A stretch of 60,479 nt of DNA, filler included, from Basidioascus undulatus (Eukaryota): NCBI GenBank assembly GCA_000826855.1. It is 7 parts of 7 records of this genome, joined end to end, with 100 filler letters (N's around TTAATTAATTAA, not from the genome) between each part and the next. Parts side by side here need not be neighbours in the genome. Positions count along the whole stretch, not along the records: positions 34,157 to 60,479 come from JTLS01000191.1; 6 more parts are not named here. One strand, given 5' to 3'. The translations under genes were made by a program, and so were the position numbers. The notes beneath the pieces are model-generated. The model ran no database searches and had not been told where the DNA came from. It saw only the letters and a program-made list of their open reading frames with translations. The first letter of the stretch is position 1. Each line of letters starts with the position of its first letter. Below are positions 52,887 through 60,479 of this stretch, piece after piece.

Positions 52887-53628
52887 ATTTCCGACGCTTG
52901 ACATGATTTTCCCCTTTACGGATGATTGGCCAATGTAACAGGAGCTCACACCCCCGCCGGAACTACTGTTGTTATCAGATTTTGGAGATATGATTGTGCA
53001 TGCGAAGCCCCGGCTGCCAGACCTGTGTACAGAATCCCGGCATGATCTTTATGGTTTAAACCGTGTTAAAATCTTGCCGGAATCCCCAGTGGAGGAGACC
53101 GTTTTGATGTACAAAACGAGCGGGGCCTTCGCACTGCCGTGCTCCTGCGGGCAACGCTCGTACGACGACAGTCGGTCAGAACGCTAGTCGTAGCCGATAA
53201 CCTATATAGTGGCTTCCAAACCCCATCAAGCGTAGACAGGTATATGATTAGGATGTTCCAAAGCGTTGAGGCACAGACAGCCACTGCGTCTTCCCTTCGA
53301 ATTACTGGGTTTTAGGCATCGCTGAGGATTCGGACTGTCCAGAAGAGAAGATTTACAAACTTGAGATAAGATTGATTTTCAATAATTGTTCAAGAGAGTT
53401 GCACAATGGCGACGATCATGCCCGCAAGTTCTGATTCTGTGCAGTCGGCCGTCGGCAACTTTTCGTCCGCTGGACTCGAACACATACACGCTCTGAGAGT
53501 TCGGGAAAGCTCCATTTCATAACAAGACGTACAGTAAAATAGATATCCAAAATTTCCGAGAAAGAAGAATGTGACTAAGAGGCAATTCGACCGAATCACT
53601 GAACGACTCCTGGCAGCGACCGTTCCTG

Positions 53629-54090
53629 TTAAGCGCCCCCGGCATGGGTCTGGTACGGAAGCGGGAGCTCCTTAAGCTCCTCGTCCTGATACTCAACACC
53701 GTTCTCCTCCACTAGCTCGGGAGCACAGACTGCCTCGCCTCGTCGAGCGTCTCGACTGGGCACACGACGGAGCTGACGGGCCGGCTGCACTCGAGCTCGC
53801 TCTCGATGGACTGCACAGGCGAGGCCACCCCCGAAGGAAACGGCGAATCTCTCGGCGGAAGAGGAATCGACTGAGCTGATGGTGCAGAGTGGACGATAGA
53901 CGAGCTGCTGCTGGGTGGGGACGGACACGAGGGCGGACGATGGGCCGGGCTGCGGCTGCGTGTCGATGTGCGAGAGGCGTGCGGCCGCGGCTGCGAGTTT
54001 GCGGTGATGGAAGTAGTCGATAGGGAAGTCGGGTGAAAGGGCGGAGAGAGGGCGCAGGTTGAGCGGCGGAGCGGGCCGGTCGGTGAGGGA
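53629..54090 (-). pseudogene. Fragment of an unidentified gene
   Basis: Protein-like LRPLSALSPDFPIDYF...GGGLACAV...PELVEENGVEYQDEELKELPL, abutting the opposite-strand methyltransferase fragment. Confidence 0.35.
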
Positions 54091-54094
54091 TGCG

Positions 54095-55170
54095 GGAAGG
54101 ATCCATAAAGCGCACATCGACGAGCTCGCGCGCTCGAAAGGACTGAACAACATCGAGGTGTTCACCGGGGACGTGCGGGTGTTTGAGTTCCCTGAACATT
54201 TGCGGTGCGTCTTCTCCTGAACTTCCCATACCCTCCACAGGCCGCTGATCCCGGTGTCCGATCTGGTTCGACCGCATCCTCTATCGAGATGCTCGAGGTC
54301 CGTATTCTCCTTTCGGTAGCGTTCCTGTTACCTCTGCAGTTCTTCTCACTCCTTTTGCATCTCGAGAAGCACATGAAGAACTACTCCCTCCTTTTCGCCG
54401 AAATCAACCGCTGGCTCAAGCCGAACGCGTCATCCTCGTCCAAAGAATCGCTCTTTTTCGCGCACATCTTCTGCCATCGTTCCATCCCCTGTCAGTTGCC
54501 TATCTTTCCTTACCCTTCCCTAACGTATCCTGACAGCTTATAAAAGAGCACTTCGAGGACGGCGATGGCTGGATGACCGAGATGTTCATCTCCGGCACGC
54601 ATGCATGTTCTTCGACGTGTTCGGCAAGTCCGACTGGGAGACTGAGAGTTAAACCGCGCGCACTCCAGGCAGCACCATGCCCTCGCACGACCTCTTCGCT
54701 TACTTCCAGTCGGACTTGGAGCTCAAGCAAAAGTGGTTGGCCGGCATTACGCCCAGGCGTGCGAAGGTGCGTCGTCTGTCATTCCTCTGTATTTTCACCC
54801 TCCTTTCACTCCGTTTTGGTCCATCCCGACTCTCCCCTCTTTCCTTTCCACATTCTCTTCTGTTACATCTCTACGACCCATACTAACACTGTGCGTTCTG
54901 CTGCGCCACAGACTGGCTCAACACTCAAGACGCGAACAACAAGGGCGGCGCAAGCGTCCGGGCACTGGAGGACGCCAAGCACAAGGGACAGGACCCCGAG
55001 GAGGGGCGGAAAGCGTTCTACCGGTCCGTCCTTACCTTTTCATCTTGATCGTTGAAAAGCGCAAACTGACTGGGCGCGGGTCCACAATCAGCTTCCGGGT
55101 CTTCTACCTCGCGTGCGTGGAGTTCTTCGCGCTCAAGGGGGGCGAGGAGTGGGGCGTGGGTCACTACTTG
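54095..55170 (+). pseudogene. 3' half of a SAM methyltransferase (cyclopropane fatty acid synthase/coclaurine N-methyltransferase-like)
   Basis: KGLNNIEVFTGDV, FDRILSIEMLE|HMKNY, FAHIFCH, FEDGDGWM, GTMPSHDLF.YFQSDL, FRVFYLACVEFF...GGEEWGVGHYL; N-terminal SAM-binding half absent, frameshifts present. Confidence 0.8.
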
Positions 55171-56947
55171 GTGAGCGCTCAGGACCGCCATGGGTTCTGG
55201 AAGGGCGGAGAGCTGATGGTCCTTTCGTGGCCTGGCGCAAACACGATTGAGATGGGTGGCTTCGCCGAGTCGGTCGGGACGATGTAGGTTCTGAATGTAA
55301 CGGACAATAATTCCCCAAGATCGATACCCTGTGCCGAGAAATGTGTACTGTGCATTAGCTCATCAATGTCGTGCACGCGAGCACGCAATATTTGCAGTCG
55401 TTCACGGCTTGTAGAGGACGGCGCCAGAAGAGAAGCTCCCTTCAGTTGCTCCGAGATGCGCCTGTTACCCTCCCAGAGTACGCTTGTGTTGCACCATTAT
55501 TGAAAAGGTTTCATGACAGAGGACGATAGTAGTGACTCGAACAAGAAGAGCGAAGTCGACGACGGCGACGCGCCCCTTCAGCCAGCAATCCAGCCTGAGC
55601 TTCATTCTCAACCACTGCCGGCTACAGAGCATCACGGGAATACGTTTTGAGGGCTTTACATGGATGGACCAGGACGTGTCTAGTAATATCTGAGAGGCGG
55701 CGGAAGTGAGAGGCGTAAGCCGTTGCATGCAGCAAACGTCATGCCGTAGCGACCCTACCTGTATCTGTTTCGTCTGTTCTCAAAACGGTTTAGAGAGCCT
55801 ATATATGCCCCAGGGGGGTAGCCTCGATATCCGAGCGATTCCGCGCTCCTGCGAATAGCGTTGCTGCATCCGGGCCTGACAGACAATGTGCGGTGGGGGC
55901 GCTTCGCATATTCGACTCGCGCCCCTATCTTAGTTCAGGCTTTGTTCATTCAAATTATGTGATGGTGTTCTGTCAACAAGTGGCTACTCAGCGCTTGATG
56001 CTCAGTATAGAGTTTGCCGCGCTCTTGTCCACATTGCAGCCAAGGGCGACGGACTGTTCTCATGTCCGTCAATAAGTCTTCTTCCGCAACAAGCAGCCGG
56101 TCTATCAAGCCCCCAAGCGCTTCAACAGTACACACCCGTAACATCATACTGAACGGGGATTCTCAAGCAGATGGGTTGGCTATTGACCAGCCTAGCTTTC
56201 CGCCCGAGTTTCCTAGTACAGTCACGGCTCCTATGGGAGTAGGGGGTCGCGAGATTCCAATACCTAGCTTATTTTCCCATTGGATCTTCGTGAGAACGTC
56301 GTGGTGCGGCCCAAAAGTGCCGAAGCCGGATAAGTAGGCTGCTGATCTCGAGGCTCATTATTGCTCGCAAGCCGCATCAAGTTGAGTTGAATGTCCCTAT
56401 CCATCTCCTATCCTTCACATGACATGTCCACCACTCCACGACTGTTCTAAACCCCGGCACAGGCACCGCAGACGGGGCAATCGGGCCGCTTGACCCACCA
56501 CCACACCGGCCCTTATTCATGGCGGACGACTGTGCATCCAGATCAGCCACGCCGGCCGGAGAGCGACAGGAGAGCTGCGGAGTACGCGTGCCCTGCGGCG
56601 AGCCTGTGGGTCCGGACTGCGAGTGTCCCATTGGCTGCAGGACCCTCTTCCACGAAGTGGAGCTTCTCGGCGACGACCACGAGCCTTGGCGGAATGGAAC
56701 TGACTTGCGCGCGCTTGAGAGGTTGCCCGGCCTGGCTCGCAGTAGAGAGGCAACGACAGTTTCTTGCCCGGCTCGAAGAGCTGGATATCATTCTTTTTGA
56801 TTTTGATCATGTGAACTTTGTGCCGGTAGACAGTGTGACTGCGAGAAACAACATTAGGCAATAAGACCTGCTCACAAAGCGTCGACTTCCTCATCTTCTC
56901 CTGCCTCCAATCCAACGTCACACATCTCAACCAGAAGCTTCAGGGCT

Positions 56948-59900
56948 ATGACCTTTATTGAAAAATCGGTAGCGATACCCTCTCCCGACACGGGTTCACT
57001 GTCTGAGAAGGACAAGCCTGCGCACATCGAGACTGCCGAGACGACGGCCTCTTCGCTCGAGGGAGGCTGCATAGACGACAAGGCCTTGCTTCGAAAGCTC
57101 GACAAGCGGATCGTACCGTTTCTGGCCTTGCTGTGCGTTTTCGTGCATTCTACGAGTTCATCGCTCCTGATGTTGATTGCGCCTTCGCGCTTCGTCTCAG
57201 TTACCTTTTCTCGTGAGCAGCTCACGCCTACTTTGGGTCTTCACTGAACCGGGACCGTTCTAATTGTCTCGCTGATTTCATCAGCTTCGTCGACCGCACA
57301 AACATCGGAAATGCCAGACTTTTCGGACTCGAACACGATCTTGGTCTCACCCCTTCCCAATACTCCAGTGCGTACTGCAGGTGGGATGGGAGCGTTGTTT
57401 AGCGCTGACGGCCGCGGTCCTGAACTACTAGCCTGTCTTGCCATTTTCTTCGTTGGATGTGAGCTGCTTCCCCTCACAACGTTCAAGACCTGACAAGCTT
57501 GACAAGACCGTGCGAAGATGTTCTTTTTGAAATTGTGCGTCCTCGTCGACGGAGTTCTTCTTCGCGTGACTGAGTGTTTCCCATCCAGCCCTCGAACATG
57601 ATCATGAAGGTGAGCTTTACGAAACTTGCATTTCTACCCAACAAGCGTTGGCTGACGGGTTGTATTGCTCTGATATAGCGTTGGCGCCCTTCCATGTGGC
57701 TGCCCATCATCAGTGAGCACATCTCCAGGCTGAGGAGATCACACGAGGATGACACTGAGGGGATACGGAACAGTGCTCGCGTGGGGCCTCGTCGTAAGTG
57801 CCAATGTCTCCCTCGTCCCGACATGTGCTTACAATTCTTCTTCAGATGACCATGATGGGTATGTCGTCTATGTCGTCCACCTGCTTTATCTCCGAAAGCT
57901 GAGCGTGCCGACACTATTAGGAATCGTCGAGAACTTTGCCGGGGTGCGCCAAGCACATTTCTATTGACATTTATCGAGCCTTTATCACTGAAGCTGGCTG
58001 TCGGCAGCTGATGGCCACGCGCGCTATCCTTGGCGTCACCGAAGCTGGTGAAGTCTTCGAGCTGCACTTTCGGTGAGGTCGTTTTTGATGTGGGACCCTG
58101 CAGGTCTCTTTCCCGGAGTCAGCTGGTTTGTGACGCTGTGTAAGTTCCAGGTCGTTTACTGGTAATGGCGACAAACGCTGACGGCGCGAGACAGGGTACC
58201 GCCGTGCGGAGTGCGCCTTCCGCATCTCGTTGTTCTTCGCCGCTGCTAGGTGCGTTCTCTTTCCAAAGTGCGGGCCCTTTGAGCACGGCTTATATTCAGT
58301 GCAGTGTTTCTGGGGCCTTCGGAGGCCTGTTGGCTCGCCTCATCGTTCTGATGGATGGAGTGGGCGGTCTCGAGGGCTGGCGGTGAGCACTTGCAGTCTT
58401 CCTGGAGAGTTGCAGCCTCTCAGTCCAACCTGACTTCACTCGGATACTCCAGCTGGATATTCATCTTGGAGGGTATCGCCACCGTCGTTGTTGCCGTGAT
58501 TGCATTCTGGGCGCTGGAGGACTTGTAGGTCTTCTCCATGTCGTCCAAAGTCAACGGGTCGCTGAATCGCTCTTCCGCCAACAATAGCCCCCACACCTCG
58601 AAGTGTAAGTGCCAACTCACAGGACAAACTGCTCTGCACTGCTGAGATCGCTTCAAATTTTGCCAGTCTTGACGCCTGCGGAGAAGAAGCGGGTTGTCGA
58701 ACGACTCGCAGAGGACGCGGTCGGCCTTTCGAACGAGTGGAAGAGCAGGTTCATTTGGTGCGTTTCTATGTCAGTACCGTACAGCTGGACTTCTTGCTAA
58801 TTCTGCTGGCCGCGACTCCAGGGATGCATTCAAGGACTGGTACGTCTTTCTGGCTTCATGTGCAGCAATTCAGTTGCTTACCGTTATGGGCTTTGCAGGA
58901 GGATGTACTGTGAGTTCGACGTGCTTTATTGTGCAAAGATCCGGGCCAAACCGGACGACTGACGCCCCTCCTTCCGCTGCAGTCCAAGGCATCGTGTTCC
59001 TGGCGGCTTCCATGGCCGTTTACAGTGTGCGGCTTCTGGCCGCTTGCGTACAAAGATGTGTACCTCACTCAACAATTGATCCTCTTCCAGTTTAGCCTCT
59101 TCATTCCGACGATCATCAACGCCATGGGATACTCAGCTGCGAACAGCCAGCTGCTCTCAGGTGAGCTTGCAAGTCGCCAATTTGCTTCCCACCTTGCTTT
59201 CGCTCATATCTGTACAGTGCCCCCATACGTATGCGGGGGTTTGACTACAGTTGCCGGCGGCTACTACAGCGACCGCACGGGCAAGCGCTTCCCAGCAATC
59301 TTCGCATTCTACATCCTTGCAATCATCGGTAAACGCGTTGCTTGACCGATGACAATCCTTCACTGAATCGTGTAATCTTCCTAGGGTTCGTAATGCTCAT
59401 CGCCACCACCACTCCGGGGGTTCAGTACAGTCAGTCCTCCCCTTTCTAGCTTGAATCGGCGCCATGCGTTGATCTTGGCTTGACTGGCTGCTCCTTCCCG
59501 TTGGTAGCTGGTGTCTTCCTGGCTGCAATGGGCATCTTCCCTCAAGTTCCTCTCAGCGTCAGCTGGGCCGGTGCGTCTTCCTGGAATACGGTGTCCGGAA
59601 CATCGATAGATACTTACTCCAGATGTCCATAAACAGGCAATAACTTCGGCGGCACGCTCAAGCGGGCGGTCGGCGTGGCTTTCGTCGTCGGCACGGGGAA
59701 CTGCGGTGGTTTTGCGGCTTCTTATGGTGAGATTTTGATAGCACCACTTTTATCTATGCCCCACTCACAGTTCAATTCTTTGCAGTGTACCGTTCCCAGG
59801 ACCGGCCTCACTTCAGGCCCGGTCACGGTGCCATTCTCGGGTTCCTCGCTGGTGGCATGCTCGCGGTGAGTCCTCAAGTTTACACATCCACCGGAAAGTG

Positions 59901-60064
59901 CTTGACCGAGAAATTTTCTGCAGGCAACCGTCCTTCGCTTTGCCATGGGCAGGACGAACCGCAAGCGTGACCTTGCCGAGGGAGGTCGCCAGTGGACCAT
60001 GGAGGAGCGCGCACCCTATGCGGACGAGGGTGACAATGCGCCTTTCTTCCGGTACATTCTTTGA
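56948..60064 (+). CDS. MFS transporter, anion:cation symporter (Dal5/Tna1-like) family; more than 20 introns
   Basis: LLRKLDKRIVP, FVDRTNIGNARL, PSNMIMK, EAGLFPG, GLEGWRWIFILEG, VPPY, SDRTGKR, GTLKRAVG, GDNAPFFRYIL*. Confidence 0.93.
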
Positions 60065-60375
60065 TTGGAACAATTTGGGACGTTAGGGTAACAGGACAAC
60101 GGTCTATGTATCAATTGTGGCTTGCGCTGCACTTGTATGTCGTCGAGACATGAGCTGCGCAGCGTCATTTTGCCGTTCACTCGCATGCGCGTGGCCTGCA
60201 AGACTCTCAGGTTCACTAACACTGTAACAGAGCGAAAAGAACGGATAGTTAGAAGACAACAAGTTGGTAAGGCTCAAGACAGCCAAACGGCAAGGCACGA
60301 CAGCCGCTACCCAACCCCCGGCTTCGAGCAGCTGGGCTGGCTCAAAAGCAACTGCCTGCTGAGGGCAAAAAGCTG

Positions 60376-60468
60376 CGACCAGAGCAGGATTTGAACCTAC
60401 GCGGGCAAAGCCCAACAGATGTTAGAAAGCATTCTAGTCTGTCGCCTTAACCACTCGGCCATCTGGTC
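60376..60468 (-). tRNA. tRNA-Ser(AGA) with 11-nt intron
   Basis: Reverse complement matches the 50092-50182 gene except for the intron (TGCTTTCTAAC) and one variable-arm base; T5 terminator at 60367-60371. Confidence 0.96.
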
Positions 60469-60479
60469 CTACGCTCCTA

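Noticed and set aside
56400..56870. Overlapping ORFs upstream of the MFS gene
   Set aside because: Possibly another decayed fragment, but no family or gene structure is supportable.
1..60479. CRISPR arrays, rRNA, prokaryotic operons, autonomous transposase/RT or Starship captain genes
   Set aside because: No repeat-spacer array, rRNA-like sequence or such coding motifs were seen; the DNA is spliced eukaryotic sequence.

Overview
Eukaryotic, intron-rich fungal DNA. It is most likely basidiomycete, inferred from GC-rich exons, many short introns with GTGCGY/GTGAG donors and CTGAC/CTAAC branch sites, and a class III chitin synthase. The window is not one locus: six 100-nt spacers (N...TTAATTAATTAA...N) join seven contigs, six of ~5.5-5.6 kb and one of >26 kb, so gene order across spacers means nothing. 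Genes recognised after reading through introns by eye: ROK1 DEAD-box helicase, FIG4 phosphatase (partial), a UXT-like prefoldin head-to-head with a HIT hydrolase, a DUF1749 hydrolase, a chitin synthase, a UDP-glycosyltransferase (partial), a Cys-rich type I membrane protein, a Rab7-like GTPase with a long insertion, a GET2-like protein, a PSR1-like phosphatase, ERF4, fructosamine kinase, BAT1, an ACS-family MFS transporter and two intron-containing tRNA-Ser(AGA) genes. The less ordinary content is: (1) three decayed copies of a zf-MYND gene family sharing a terminal 'WCKAHR' micro-exon, two of them in tandem around a hAT-like MITE; (2) a ~10 kb interval bracketed by inverted, near-identical tRNA-Ser genes and holding intron-retaining half-genes, one with possible Helitron ends; (3) a small spliced mitochondrial-type membrane gene missed by the ORF track; (4) F-box and epimerase pseudogenes. 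I cannot demonstrate a new biological system from sequence alone; items 1 and 2 are the best leads. Gene spans include introns, and exon boundaries were inferred by eye.
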